Source of the DNA: Octopus sinensis
Lineage: Eukaryota
Assembly: GCF_006345805.1 (NCBI RefSeq)
Contig: NC_042998.1
Span: 61,070,001 to 61,134,000, forward strand
Length of the DNA: 64,000 bases
Direction of reading: 5' to 3'
Shown here in pieces: positions 28,497 to 42,363 of the stretch; positions within the stretch are counted from its first letter, which is position 1; the number at the start of each line of letters is the position of its first letter. The translations under genes were made by a program, and so were the position numbers. The notes under the pieces are model-generated. The model was not told where the DNA came from. It did not search any database and saw only the letters and a program-made list of their open reading frames with translations.

Positions 28497-30350
28497 TCAG
28501 TGCCTGCAATTGAACTCGGAATCTTGGGGTTAGTAACCCACGCTCTTAACCACTATGCCATATGCCCGTGGTGTGCAATTATGGAGATGAACTAAGATGA
28601 TAAGGGAGACAGGTACTAGAAAAAGCGAAACTTCCCAAACCAAACATCAGGAAGAAAGGTTCACTATCAAAAGACTACAGAGTGACAATTCCATCATAAT
28701 ACTTCTGGCGGACAAGGGAAATACTACATTGGTGAAGAACAAGTCTGATTACTCAGAAAAATTGGCAAGTCTTATAAGCTGCAGAAGAGGAAAGAAAGAC
28801 CCAACTCTAAAAACAGAGAAAGTTGTCACAGATCTTGATCAAGAACAAAGATCACTTTACACCAATGAAGTACAGACAGCTGACTCAACACAACAGTAAA
28901 CTACCACATATGTACAGTCTCCTAAGATTCACAAGGATAATATTCCATTAAGATCTATAGTGAGCTGTAGAGGTTCAGCATGTCATCCACTGAGCCACTT
29001 CATTGTAGATATAATCAGTCCATAAGCAGGAAAGTCAACATCGTACGTGAAGAATTCCACCCACTTCACAGAATTGATCAAGGATACCCCCATTGAATCC
29101 AACAAGATGGTGAGTCTAGATGTGATAAGCCTGTTCACCAAAGTCCCAACTGGTGAAGCACTATCGGTGATTCAAGACAAGCTAGTAACAGACACCCATC
29201 TAAAAGAACGCACTAGTATACCAATAAGAAACTTGTTGGAAATGTTGACCTTCTGTGAAGAAACTACCTACTTCAGTATGGACAATGATATATATCGACA
29301 GCAGATGGTTTAGCTATGGGCTCGCCATTATCACCGATAATAGCCAATATATACATGGAATGCTTTAAGAATTTGGCTTTAGGATCAACACCGCTAAAAC
29401 CAACCCTATGGCTGTGATATGTTGATGAATCTTTATTCTCTTGCCCCATCAGGAAGATGTCCAAGTGTTGTTAGATCATGTGAACTCAATAAAGCCATAC
29501 ATACAGTTCACAATAGAAAAAGAAAAAGACAATCAGCTGGCATTCCTCGACATATTAATAACACGCACCAAGTATAGATTCAGGACACCTGTATACCGCA
29601 AGCCGACCTTCACGGGACGATTCCTTAACTTCAATTCCCACCATACATACAGTGTAAAGAGAGGAATTGCTCAGTGCCTAAAACGTCGAGCAAAGAATAT
29701 AAGTAGCAATCGTGATAACCACTATGAAGAAATGATCAAGCTCAGTAACAATCTATTAATCAACAACTACCCCCAAAACATACTATCTACTCCAATTATG
29801 AAGAAGAGAGAGGATAAAACCAATAAACTGTCTACAGTCTATCTACGTGAAAGACTTCTCCGGAAAGATACAAAAGATATGCGGCCCATATGGCATCAGG
29901 ACAGTATTCAAGAGTAATACAACACTTCGCAAATATCTCCTTCGGGTAAAACTACCAATAGAAGAGAATATGACCAAAGACTGCGTGTATTCTATTCCAT
30001 GCTGCTGTGGTAGGTTATACAATGTTGAAATATGCCGCCCTCTCAAAATAAGGGTAGAAGAATATCGCAAAGTTGTGACACGAGGAGATATTTTTAAATC
30101 GGGTATAGCTGACCATGTATGGAAAAATGGAGACCACCTCCCCCTATGGGATGAAGTTAAAATAATAGATAAAGAACACCACTGGAAAATACAAAAACTA
30201 AAAGAAGCATCACATATGCTAGGACACAACAACCTCCGAAGCAGACCGAGTGCAGATATAAATAGCATATGGGAACCGGTATTAAGGAAGGATAGGAAAA
30301 TATTAGATTTATAAGCCCTAAAATTCACTCCAATTATAACTCCAGGGGAA

Positions 30351-30421
30351 TATGGCATAGTGGTTAAGAGCGCGGGCTACTAACCCCAAGATTCCGAGTT
30401 CGATTCCAGGCAGTGACCTGA
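30351..30421 (+). other. tRNA-derived Pol III promoter-like head at start of PLE pLTR (inverted copy 28492-28563)
   Basis: TGGCATAGTGGTTAAGAGC (A box/D arm), GGG-CTACTAA-CCC (anticodon-arm-like), GAGTTCGATTCC (B box). No proper acceptor stem. Confidence 0.7.
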
Positions 30422-30499
30422 ATAACAACAACAACAACAATAATATAATAATAATAATAACAACATCGAAAAATAACTTAGAGATGAGAATGTCCTCAA

Positions 30500-30545
30500 G
30501 ACACCTGATGAAGGCTGGATGGTATATCAGCAGAAACGTTGTGTT
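30500..30545 (+). ncRNA. Minimal type I hammerhead-like motif in 3' pLTR
   Basis: GACAC-CTGATGA-AGGCTG-GATGGTATAT-CAGCA-GAAA-CGTT-GTGTT. Stem I ACAC/GTGT, palindromic AACGTT stem III, closing pair of stem II mutated. Confidence 0.65.
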
Positions 30546-32369
30546 AACAACAAACAAGATGAGGACAAATATCCGTCAAATGTAAATAATGTACATAATT
30601 CCTCATCTCTTAAATATAGAACTGAAGTTACATTATTTTATACTTGATTTAAACTGAAAACAAAACTGGGGTGTGTCTTATACACACGGGACAAAACTAA
30701 AACTATGAAAAGGAAAACATTTTATACCAAGATTTAACACTAAATTTCGGGCTCGACGTATACTCGTACACGAGTAAATGCGCTAAGGACTCTATAATTA
30801 CTGAGTGTTTCGTTAACTTATAGTCAAATGTCTTGGTTAGATTTCAAACACTTTACCGTTGACAGAATACAAAACACTACCATTTGGCTTGGAGTTCTCA
30901 CTTTAAGGTAGGTACGGAGAAAATCTAGTCCGTATAGTCTTTCCATGATACACTACAATATTCTATACTATAAGCTCAATATTTCCATGAGACCTTCAGT
31001 TGACACATGAACATATCAACGCAATTGGGGGACTGAAAGCAAAGGAGTTAGATTATGAAATACTGAAGGACAATAAAAATGATATTTCACCACAAGTTAA
31101 ATTGCTTTAAAACTCTAGTTTATAATTCGTAATCAAAACTGCAAGTTGTTGATGATTCCTGTACAATGAATGCAGCTGCTCCCTATAGAAGTTGATTAGT
31201 TGCAGCTAGCACAACCATTCTACCTCTATAAATACATCAAGAGCTAACGGGAAATCTTTGTATGGTCGTTCGACCTTGTACAAGTACATTGAACTGTGAT
31301 TGTAGAACATTTTCCTGTCTTGGAGAGAATGTACTTAATTAGTTTTTCGCATTATCTTCTCCGAACATTTTTTAATCGAGAAGGTATTTGTCAATATCTT
31401 GCAACCCTAGACAGTCTGGAGTCTGAAACTCCAAATTATTTTCTAAAAAAAAGAAGGGCAAATTCGATAATGCACTTACAGATACACTGTGGGAATAAAA
31501 GATTGAACGGTCTCGGTTGGAATGCTGCTGATCATAGTTCATATTTGAGGTAGTATTCTATCTTGCTGGTTTCTTGTTTACCAGGTATTTTCACTAATTT
31601 CCATAAAAGAAACTCTGCTGAAAGATAAAAAGTCTTAGGTGCAGAGGATGACTGTAGATGATGCATGAATTCTTTTAAAATATGGATAACAAAAAATAAC
31701 AGATATATAGCTTTTTTACAGATTAATGTGCAACTTTTTCGATGAAGATAATCGGTTTTGAAATGTATATATTTTACGAACTATCGTATGAATGCAGTTT
31801 CCCAGCAATACTGCACGAAACAACTTCAAGCTGCAAGTATAGCGATCTACCTGCTATGTCTTTGATCTGTAGTATATAGTTACCTCTACTTATGTTCTTA
31901 GTTCAAACTCCACCGACACCTACACATCATTCTTTCATTCTTTTATTCTTATGGAGAGGATCAAATGAAGTGCTTGAAAATTAGTAGCAGCAACAGATCA
32001 GTGTATCAAAAATCCAGTGTTGCTAAATTTTATTTGTTATTTATAACTAAACCATGACGCCTTTTTGTCAATAAATATAAATTTAACCAGGGTTGCTAGC
32101 TAAAAACATAACTACGAAGAAAAACAATACGCGAAAAAGACCCCATGTACTCCTATAAGCCAGACGTTTGAATATAGCTTTGATACTTATGTCATTTGAA
32201 TACAGCAATTCCATTGTTATACACATAAACATAATTTAGTTTGAAGAAGTACTGAAAACTTAACATATTTTTTAGCATCAACGCATTTTTAGTGAATTTA
32301 CATTGTGAATAAAGCAGAAAAGAATATATATATATATATATGTATGTGTGTATGTGTATGTATAGTTTG

Positions 32370-32580
32370 TATGTCTGGGTTTGTATGTCTGGGTTTGTCC
32401 CTACACCGTCGCTTGATAACTGCTATTGGTGTGTTTATGTACCCGTAACTTAGCGGTTCAGCAAAACAGATCGATAGAATAAGTACTTTGCTTACAAAGA
32501 ATAAGTTTTGGGGTCAATTTGTTCGACTAAAGGCGGTGCTCCAGCGTAGTCGCAGTCAAATAACTGAAACAAGTAAAAGA
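32370..32580 (+). mobile_element. 3' half of CORE-type SINE
   Basis: CGTAACTTAGCGGTTC..GATAGAATAAGTAC..GGCGGTGCTCCAGC..CTGAAACAAGTAAAAGA; related to the 3' part of 55733-56115. Confidence 0.7.
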
Positions 32581-33782
32581 ATTAAATAATTTGTATAATG
32601 GATTTGACTATAAAAATGCAAGTCAAACAATCCCATTTTGGAATTACTTCATAAACTAGGTTTCTTGTCCGCAATATATGAAATTATTGCACTAATTTCT
32701 GTTTTTCCTGATCATCTCTAAAGCTTCAGTTGTAAACGAAAGAAATATCTTTACTTCGGATAGAATTCAACAATTCTTAAGATGTACACTGGCTGAAGAA
32801 CAGTTGCCTTCCCTGGTTCGTATTTCCATTGAGAACCAGATATTCATCGATTTAGAATGACAAAAAGAACTATACAAGTTATTAGAGAAATTCTCTATAA
32901 AAATCAAGACACATGTGACTGATTTTTTAATAAAGCAAGTGTTTATATCTAACAAATATTTATACGTTTTTTTTTTAACTTTCTTATGTATTTGAAATGT
33001 GTATGATGCACATATATTACGGTTAAAATATTTTTACCTAAAACCTTGATAAATCAAGATATTTGTAAGATATAGAGGTACAAAGCCAGGAGATTTTTAA
33101 GGAAGAGCTACAGTCTTTTATATCTATTGCAGTCAATATCACAGACATATACATTTATTTGATCAGCTCCAGAAGAATAAAAGCTTGAAAGAATGGTGGA
33201 ATTTGAACTAAGAACTTAAATGGAGGTAACCGTATAGCACAAGTTATTTGTCCGACAATCTACCGCTTCGGTGAATCCAAGATTTTTCATTTGTAAAAAA
33301 AAAAAAAAAAAAAAAAACCGATGGGAAACTATGATGCTTGATGGCACATTTTCCCTCTAAATAATGGTTAGTTATTCGTTACCCATCAAAGGATTCTTTT
33401 GTTCGTTGTCGGTCTCAAATTAGTGTTTGCGCTTGCATAATATTGTACATGCGCATGTGTGTTCGTGTGTGTATTCTTATTGTACGTTAGTGTGTGTTTT
33501 TCCAATGAATTGTGTAATGTGCTGTCGTTGTCGCTATCATTTCCGTTGTCAATGCCATTGTTGTTTAGCCACAGGTAGGCCCTGAACGAGCAGACAAATC
33601 AAAGAAATTTCAAGCATAAGCATCCAGTCTTTTTACCAAACCACACCATCCAATGTGTTCTTCCGCTTTAAGATGTCAGGGACTGATTTGAGAGCGATTT
33701 GCTGCTATTTCTAACAAATCGAACGACCAAGCAGGCATTCAATCTATCATATACAACAACCAACAACCTTAGCTTTTATCAT

Positions 33783-33831
<49 letters not shown>

Positions 33832-34274
33832 TGTATACGTATGTGTAATAAGAGTTACAATTGCATTCAGTCTATGTATACATTTCTTTTTTATGGCGCG
33901 ACGAATAGCAACCGTCTTATAACATTTTTGTTCCTTCTCTATTCTAATTGGTTGCCTTTTGTCACCAGAAAACAAAACGAAAGGTGTGTAAAAATGATAA
34001 TGGATACAATCAAAGATAAAAACTACATTTATTTAAAAATTATACAGTTCTACTTCTATTAATCCAACCCTGGATTAGTAATATCTCTTCCAATTAACTG
34101 ACATGCTAAAATGAACCAAAATATTCCATCGCCATTTTTCTAACTTGGAGTTCAGAAGACTACATCAATTTCTTTGGAAGGGGGAGTGGCCAATTAAGTT
34201 GGAAGGTTTACAGAGAGTATAAGGAACATTATCGGCTACTTTAATATGTGAATGTAGTTTCTGTGAACCAACGT

Positions 34275-34321
<47 letters not shown>

Positions 34322-34620
34322 ATAATAATAGTGGTGGTGGTGGTGGTGGTGGTGATGGTGGTGGTGGTGGCGGCGGTGGTAGCGGCGGCAGCGGTGGTTG
34401 TAGCGGCGGCAGCGGTGGTGGTAGCGGTGGCAGCTGTGGCGGTAGCTGTGGCGGTAGCTGTGGCGGCAGCTGTGGCGGCAGCTGTGGCGGCAGCTGTGGC
34501 GGCAGCTGTGGCGGCAGCTATGGCGGCGGCGTTGGAGGTTGTGTTGTTGGTGATAGCAGTCTAGGTGGTGGTAGTGGTGGTGGTTAGTGCTGTTATCGTC
34601 ATTGTTATTGTCTTTGTCGT
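34275..34620. repeat. Compound (TAG)n/(GGT)n/GGCAGCTGTGGC simple repeat
   Basis: Seen directly. Confidence 0.85.
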
Positions 34621-34659
34621 TGTTGCAGCAAATATATAATGGAGACAATATCGCCGAAT

Positions 34660-35290
34660 GCTCAAGAATTTCGCTTCAGAATCATGAGGTCCCGGTTTCG
34701 ATTCTGCTGTGTGACATCTTGGGAAAATGTCATTTTCTATAGCTTCTTCGACTCGACCAATTATCTTGTGAGTGAAAACGGATGGAGGGAAAACTGTTCA
34801 TAAGCCAGTTGGATAGATTGCGCTCGTAATTCAAAGGCCCTAACTTATCACCTTGTGTCACGCTAATTCTATCTAAGAATTACGTTAAGGACACGTGTCT
34901 CTGAGGAATACTCAACCACTTATGTAGTGAGTCATTGCTGGATGTTTAGGTGATCGAATTACTGAACACTCGTGATCTGAAATTCTGATCGAGATCTATT
35001 TGTAGGTGCAGTATAACTGAATGATAAGAAGTTCGTTTCGCAATCACAAGGTTCTGGTTTTGATTTCACTGCGTGATATCTTCGGCAAATCTCATTTTTA
35101 ATAGCCTCGAGTTGATCCATATATTGTAAGGGAAACTAGGTAGACGGATTCTATATAAAAGCCCAGCGTTCGGATTTTACGTATAATTCAAAGTTACAAC
35201 CTTGTCACACTATGTCATATTCATTCTGCCTGAAAATACATTGATTCAGCAGCATGTTGTTCAGTTAATCGAACAACTAAATCCTCATCG
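34660..35290 (+). mobile_element. Two old degraded tRNA-SINEs in tandem
   Basis: Each has a degenerate head/CORE segment and the CCTTGTCAC..GATCG..CTCGTCGTC-type tail of the 9251/48201 family. Confidence 0.5.
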
Positions 35291-35479
35291 TCGAACGGCG
35301 GAGATCTTCCACAGGTAAACGTAATTTAAAAAGTAAAATCGATGTTTTCAATGAACATAATTCGTAATTGGTTTTGCTGATTGAGTTCAGAGAAATTGAC
35401 TCGGGATAAAGGGCTTCCTAATCATCTGTTTTAGTGTCTGAAAATGGTCAGTTAAAATCTCACGCTGGAGATTTACTAA

Positions 35480-36400
35480 TAATATGAATCTGTTAATCTA
35501 GTTGTCAAATTATTTAGCAATGTTATTTATGATACAGAAGGGTTAGTAGGAAGAGCATGGTGACAGTTCTTTGCCACTGCAAGTCGGTAAGTGTTACATC
35601 CGGTTTCGAGGCGTTGTTGAAAGTTCAAAGGGAAATTTCTTCTCGGGTTATACTCCTTGGATGCGGTTCAGACAATGCCATCGCGGAACGGTGTAAATTC
35701 CTGTAGAGTGAAGTTGGATGGAATGAGAGCAGGGTAAAGTTGATGGGTATGCAGAAAGCTTGAAAGTGGGGAGGAGTACGCAACCTTAAATCTTTTGTGG
35801 ACATGTATATGTATGTATATGTGTGTGCTTGACTAATATAAGCAGGGCATGGAAAAACTTACGCTGAAACTTCAGAGTGTGGTGATGGGAAATACTGATT
35901 CTGGATGCTCTAATGTTTACATTTATGGTACAGTCCGCTAGTATCCAAGTACAGATTTCTGTGCATAAGAACAGATCGGAAAATTTTGCTTTTGTAGTTT
36001 AGAGAAGCATCTGGGTGAAATGAGTTCTACGGTATGATTCTTTTCTCCACCGAATATAGCTTTCAGCTCCTACTGCTAGTGAAGTACAGCTAGCACCTCT
36101 CCAGTACTCAACACTTCATACTGTGATCTGTGGTGCTTTGTTTCAACTACCATATATGCATTTCTAGGACTGTGACATTTCACCTGTCCTGAATATTAAA
36201 CGAGACCTTGTGACTGTTAAATCATATCCTGAAGAGATCTGTTGAGTTCACATATTTTCGTATTCCCGTGCACCCACTGGCGTCCCTTAACATTACCTCC
36301 GCGTCATATACGAAATTCTCTGTATTGTATTGAGTGTTAAGTGAACATGAGATGTTGCCTCTGCATCAGGGTGTTGACTCTATTTCAGGTATGAAACGAC
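35480..36400 (-). mobile_element. Highly degraded CR1/L2-group LINE remnant
   Basis: Only scattered, frameshifted resemblance to the RT C-terminal region (YK..QI-like and PPP..HP segments). Confidence 0.3.
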
Positions 36401-37179
36401 CTGCTAAGATTTTCTATATACTATTTATGCTCAATAGAAGATCTCTTCAGTGTCAAATTTAACAATCACAACACCTCCTTTAATATCTAGGAGAGGCAAA
36501 ATGTCATAGCCCTAGTTAGACATATATGGGTTCCAATTTTGGAAGGAATTCCTTTTTATTTTCAAATGTAGAACTATATTTTCAACTGTTTCCTTTCCAT
36601 ATTTTACCATTGTAGGATATAGTCTATGATCTATCAGACTTTTATTTCTAGAAAGTCGAGTAAGTGCACAAAGTCTTCCTCTTTGACTCGCAGTAAATAT
36701 CAGTAATATAAAGAAGTCGACTCAATTAATTTTTAACTCTTCTCCTCCAAAACAGACATATCTCTTGTCAGAGAAAATCAATATCTTGTAGTAGAAGTGT
36801 ATAATCTTTTAACTAATTCCTATCTCTACTGTTAGATCTTATTTATTGACTATGGACGAATGAAAAGCAAATGATGCGAGTAAATACTTTCAAGCACATA
36901 CTTCGTTTCTCTACAGTTTCTGTCGACTAGCTTACCTTGTTATCATATATTACCTTTAATTTGTCATATATTGCTGTTACTGGCGATAGATAACCAACAT
37001 TGCAATATCAAACTTCTCCTGTCTACATGAATTATGCAGAAAGAGCTCAGCTGTCGTAAGCAGGCTTCAGAAAAGCATCTTGTATATTGCATCTGTCATA
37101 AAGCTGCTTCCAATACGAATATCGTCTACAGAATGTTTAACTAGCTATTTTTTAATAAACATTTCATTATATATGTATA

Positions 37180-37182
37180 TGC

Positions 37183-37266
<84 letters not shown>

Positions 37267-37332
37267 GGATGGATGGATGGATAGATAGATAGATAGATAG
37301 ATAGAAAGAGAGAGAGATATATATAGAGAGAG

Positions 37333-37366
<34 letters not shown>

Positions 37367-37368
37367 GT

Positions 37369-37432
<64 letters not shown>

Positions 37433-37562
37433 TCCTGCATATATAAATATATACATATACATACATGCATACACATGCACGTATACATACATACATACAT
37501 ACATACATACATACATACATACATACATACATACATACATACATACATACATACATACATAC
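37180..37562. repeat. (GATA)n/(GATG)n/(TACA)n microsatellite block
   Basis: Seen directly. Confidence 0.95.
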
Positions 37563-37838
37563 AAAGATGATAGATGTTTTAATTATATAAAGCAGCAAAC
37601 CTTGACTGAACGAAGTACTCAATGCATGAAACAGAGTATAAATATATTTAAGAGATGTTGACAGTGACTTGGAAATATTGCCAATGCTCTATCACCAAAC
37701 TCGAAGTTGCATTTGTGCATGTTTGCGAGAGAGTCTTTAGAATGATTGATGGTAGTCCAAAACATCAACAATATACTACAATTTGATCTTATATATGTAT
37801 ACGTGAGTGTGTGTGTGTGTATGTGTGTGTGTGTGTGT

Positions 37839-37875
<37 letters not shown>

Positions 37876-38044
37876 GATGCCTGAACCTAGAGTGAGTAAA
37901 CAAACAAAAGTTGTAGCACTCAATACATTTGGTTTCAGTTACATGTATTTTACAGCAGTTTAACTCGATTCCACATTACTTAAAGTTTTGTGTGTAGAGG
38001 ACATATCCACTTCATCAGACTTTGCAGTCACACACACACCGCCT

Positions 38045-38092
<48 letters not shown>

Positions 38093-38112
38093 TTAATAAT
38101 AATAATAATAAT

Positions 38113-40944
38113 GAGCTTGCAGTTGTAGGGCATGCAAATATGAATGATAGGGAACCACTCTATAAACTCTCAAATGCATACCTACATAAAACACAAATAA
38201 AAATTGGCAACTGCGTTACACAAGAAATTATACAACAACTAAAACCCGATCTTAATAAGTTAAATGAAATTAATTACTTTGTTGCTAAGGTAATCGAAAG
38301 ACGCTCTTTAACGCCCAAAAAGCCAACAATACCAAATTCGAAAAGAAAATCAAACTGGAAGAGTAGAATTGAAAATGAGATTGAATCATTGCGAAGGGAT
38401 ATATCAATATTAACTGAGCTAATCTTTAGAAATGGTGTAAGATCAAGAAAAGGCAGGAAGATTGTGAGAAAATATGGACTCTCAACAAGAGAACTAATGT
38501 CAGTAAAAGAAACACTTAAACAAAAAGTCCAGACAAAAGCTCAGAGAATATGCAGATTTGAGAAAAGAATCAAATGCTACAAACAAAATAAGATGTTCAA
38601 ATCCAATGCCAAATCATTTTATAGGGAAATAGGGAAAGAAAAAAATAACCATTGAAAATCCACCCCTAATGGAAGAAGTTGAAAAACTTTTGGAAAGAGA
38701 TCTGGAGTGATGAGAAAACATACAATGAAAATGCAGACTGGATCAAATGCACCCAAGATGCCTACAAAAATCTACAACAACAGGTATGGGAAGACATCTC
38801 AATCGCCGACCTAAGGAGGGCACTAACGAAGGCTCATAAGTGGAAATCCCCTGGTATTGACAGAGTACCAAATTTCTGGCTCTCATCGCTCTCGTCCGCA
38901 CACAAAATGTTAGTAATACTATTTAATAGTATTATGAAAGACTCAGAAAAAACTCCCCATTGGATGGCAAATGGTCTTACTTACCTCCTCCTCAAACATA
39001 ACGAAGCGAAACACCCAAAAAACTACCGGCCTGTAACATGTTTGTCTACTACCTATAAGATTTTGACATCTATTCTAGGGGAGAAAATATATAAGCTTAT
39101 GGAAGAGAATAACCTCTTTCCCACTGAACAAAAAGGATTTCAGACGAGGCTCATACGGATGCAAAGATCAGCTCCTAATTAATCGCATGATCATTGAGAA
39201 CTGCCATAACAAGCGGAGAAATCTCAGCTCTTCATGGATTGATTATAAAAAAGCCTTTGACAGCATACCACATTCGTGGATTCTGAAATCACTAGACATT
39301 TTCAAAATTTCTCCTGTGATTTCAGATTTTCTAAAGTATAATATGTCACTATGGAACACGAAGCTCCAATTATATCATTCTAATTGAGTATTGCGCTCAA
39401 ACAATATTAGCATAAACTGGCATTTTCCAAGGTGACTCACTTTCACCGCTAATTTTCTGCATAGAACTAATACCACTCTCAAGTGAACTGAGTAGAACAG
39501 GGTATGGCTACAAAATTGACAACAGGAAAATAAGCCATCTATTTTATATAGATGACTTAAAACTATATGTCAGAGATGATGAAGAGCTTGAAGGACTCTT
39601 ACACACTGTGAAAGGATTCAGTGATGATATCGGGATGGAGTTTGGCCTTGAAAAATGTGCCAAAGCCACTTTTAAGAAAGGGAAATTGGTAAAGTCAAGT
39701 TCAATCGAATTAGATATCGAAACAGTAATAAAAGTACTTGAGCAGGAACAAACCTATAAATACCTAGGAATAAATGAAGGCGCTGGTATCCAGCAAGCAA
39801 GCAGGAAAGAGAAGGTTAGGAAGGAATGTTATAGAAGAGTTCGAGCAATCCTGAAGTCTGAGCTGAATGCATATAATAAGGTGTTAGCCATAAATTCCCT
39901 AGCAGTCCCAGTTGTTCTTTATACCTTGAATGTGCTTAACTGGAATACCAGTGAAATAATGAAAATTGACAGAAAAATCCGCAAGCTACTGACTTGTAAT
40001 AAGATGCACCATCCAAAGGCAGACGTGGATCGTCTTTACCTTCCCAGAGCTCAGGGAGGACGAGGTTTGATCCAGCTTGAACTTACGTACAAAACCACCA
40101 CAATCGGACTGGTCAAATAACTTGAAGTAACCAACGATTGGATGCTAAAACTTGTTGAAAAACATGAAACACCGAAAAAACTTCACTCTATTCTGAAAAA
40201 GAGCAAAAAATTCGCTACTGATCTCTTAGATACCTACCAGATTGATCAGGGTGAAGGAAATGCTCCAACATCTGCTGCAAAGGAAATAAAATTGATTGCA
40301 AAGACAAAAGCGCATGAAAAATTAGCTAGCAGATGGGAACAGAAACCTCTGCATGGCAAGTATGTGGCCCGTAGCAAACAAGCTGATGTCGACCAGAAAC
40401 ACACGCACCAATGGTTACGAAGCTCAGGGCTAAAAGCGGAGAGTGAAGGTTTCATATTAGCTGCTTAAGACCAATGCTTATTAACCCGGAACTACCAAGC
40501 CAATGTGATAAAAAATGGAGCTGACCCAAAATGCCGATCCTGTAACGATGAGATTGAACAATAGACCACCTAATCTCAGAGTGTAGAGTCTTAGCACCTG
40601 TAGACTATAAAGTAAGACATGACAGAGTCGGCCAGTATTTACACTGGACAATATGTCGACATTATAAAATCAAAACCGCTGACAAATGGTATAACCACCA
40701 TCCTGAAGCTGTGACTGAGGAGAAAATGTGTCGATTCTATGGGACTTCCCCGTACATACCGATAAAACTATGAAAGCTAATAAACCGGATATTATTATAA
40801 ATGATCAGACAAAAAGGATGTATTTATTAATTGACATGAGTATTCCTTGCGATCACAGTATAGCGGCGAAAGAATTTGACAAGATTAGTAAATATAAAGA
40901 CATGCTAATAGAATTTTTTTTTTTTAAATGTGGCATCTCAAGGT
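38113..40944 (+). mobile_element. R4/Dong-like LINE, long copy with multiple frameshifts/stops, truncated at both ends
   Basis: KWKSPGIDRVPNFW, NYRPVTCL, WIDYKKAFDSIPH, FQGDSLSP, FYIDDLKLY, FGLEKCAK, YKYLG, WEQKPLHGKY, RHD, NKPDII. 5' junction abuts (AAT)n at 38047-38112; ends inside the RLE at ..MWHLK. Confidence 0.92.
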
Positions 40945-40984
40945 ATCTCCCTCCATCAAACTGAGATTGGCTGTATTGGTAATG

Positions 40985-41097
40985 TCAAAATCATAGCAGA
41001 GCAGCGTGAGATAAAATGTTTTGTTCAAGAACCCGGAATGGAAACCACGATCTCACGTTCATGAGTGCCACACCATAACACTAGGCCAGCGTCTTCA
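40985..41097 (-). mobile_element. Degraded tRNA-SINE head/CORE fragment
   Basis: Minus strand: TGAAGACGCTGGCCTAGTG..GTGGTTTCCATTCC..CTTGAACAAAACATTTTATCTCACG. Confidence 0.5.
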
Positions 41098-41130
41098 GAC
41101 AATCATATATACATATACATGTATATACAC

Positions 41131-41163
<33 letters not shown>

Positions 41164-41219
41164 AAATAAACTTGCGAGTATCTATATATGTGTGTATTTT
41201 TATATGTGCACGCACTCGC

Positions 41220-41253
<34 letters not shown>

Positions 41254-42079
41254 TCAAACACACACATGCGAGCGCATACACACACATATACATACTCGCA
41301 TATGTGCACGTAAAGATTTAACTTCAAATGTTCACAATTCTCAATAAAGTTTTCATACTATATATTACAGCGAAACAAAAAAATTGACATAACCTAATTA
41401 GGTCTGACTCGAAGTAAAGGCAGGCCGGACGGAAATTAACAATATTTTCTAGAATGTTCGAGTTTTTGCCGATGAGACAATACAAATATTAAACAACTAA
41501 AACGCTTGCCTATACATCAATTATAATCTTTTGCGTAATTTTTCAAGTGGTTTTACTTTCTTTCAAATTCAACTCACAACTCTGTAAGTGTGTATGTAGC
41601 TGAAATATGTAAACTTTGAAAAAATATCCATTAATTTTAACGATTACAGAAGATTAATGGCTTCAAAAATTACTTTCGAGTGTGTATTCTTTTCAGAAAT
41701 CAATACCAAAAGTCATTATGTTTTCTTCACGGTCACGGCGTAGGCGAAGCTTTGTGATTAAGGATTTCAGTTTGCAACTACGTCATTTCGAGTAAGATAG
41801 GACTTGCGCTACGATAATTAAATATCTTCTGCCATAGCTTAGGAATGACCGAAATATTCAGTGTGGAATTTGATAGAAGGAAATTGGTGAATTTCATAGG
41901 AGGCATCGTTCCTTTTCTTGCTTTGTGGATCTAATCCATGGATCGGGTTTGCCTTACCAACTGGACTTTGGGTGTCTCAGTGGATTTCCCTTTATTGCAA
42001 GCATTCAGATTTGTCCTCTGGTTTAAAGACATGTTGGTCATTTTTCAGATTAATGCTAAACTTTTACGCGTAAACTCAA

Positions 42080-42154
<75 letters not shown>

Positions 42155-42159
42155 CAAAC

Positions 42160-42223
<64 letters not shown>

Positions 42224-42284
42224 GTAAGTATGTTTGTACATATATATATATTTATATATACTCAAACATACATGCATACATATA

Positions 42285-42363
<79 letters not shown>

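Larger units (their letters stand above)
28171..30627 (+). mobile_element. Penelope-like element (Poseidon/Penelope-type), degraded RT + GIY-YIG, with inverted pseudo-LTRs
   Basis: ADKGN, MVSLDVISLFTKVP, AMGSPLSP, IQFTIEKE..LAFLDILI, VYRKPT..LNFNSHH and CVYSIPCCCG..ADHVW across frameshifted ORFs 28597-30314. 28171-28563 is the approximate reverse complement of 30351-30600. Confidence 0.9.
28130..30785. mobile_element. Degenerate pogo/Tc2-type MITE ends (28130-28166 and 30640-30785) flanking the Poseidon PLE
   Basis: Left ACTGTAAATATTTACTTGAGTATAA and right GGGGTGTGTCTTATAC..CGACGTATACTCGTACACGAGTAAATGCG resemble CCGTATATACTCGAGTATAAG-type ends. Confidence 0.35.

Noticed and set aside
34274-34648. 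His/Arg- or Ala/Val-rich ORFs
   Set aside because: Simple-repeat translations.
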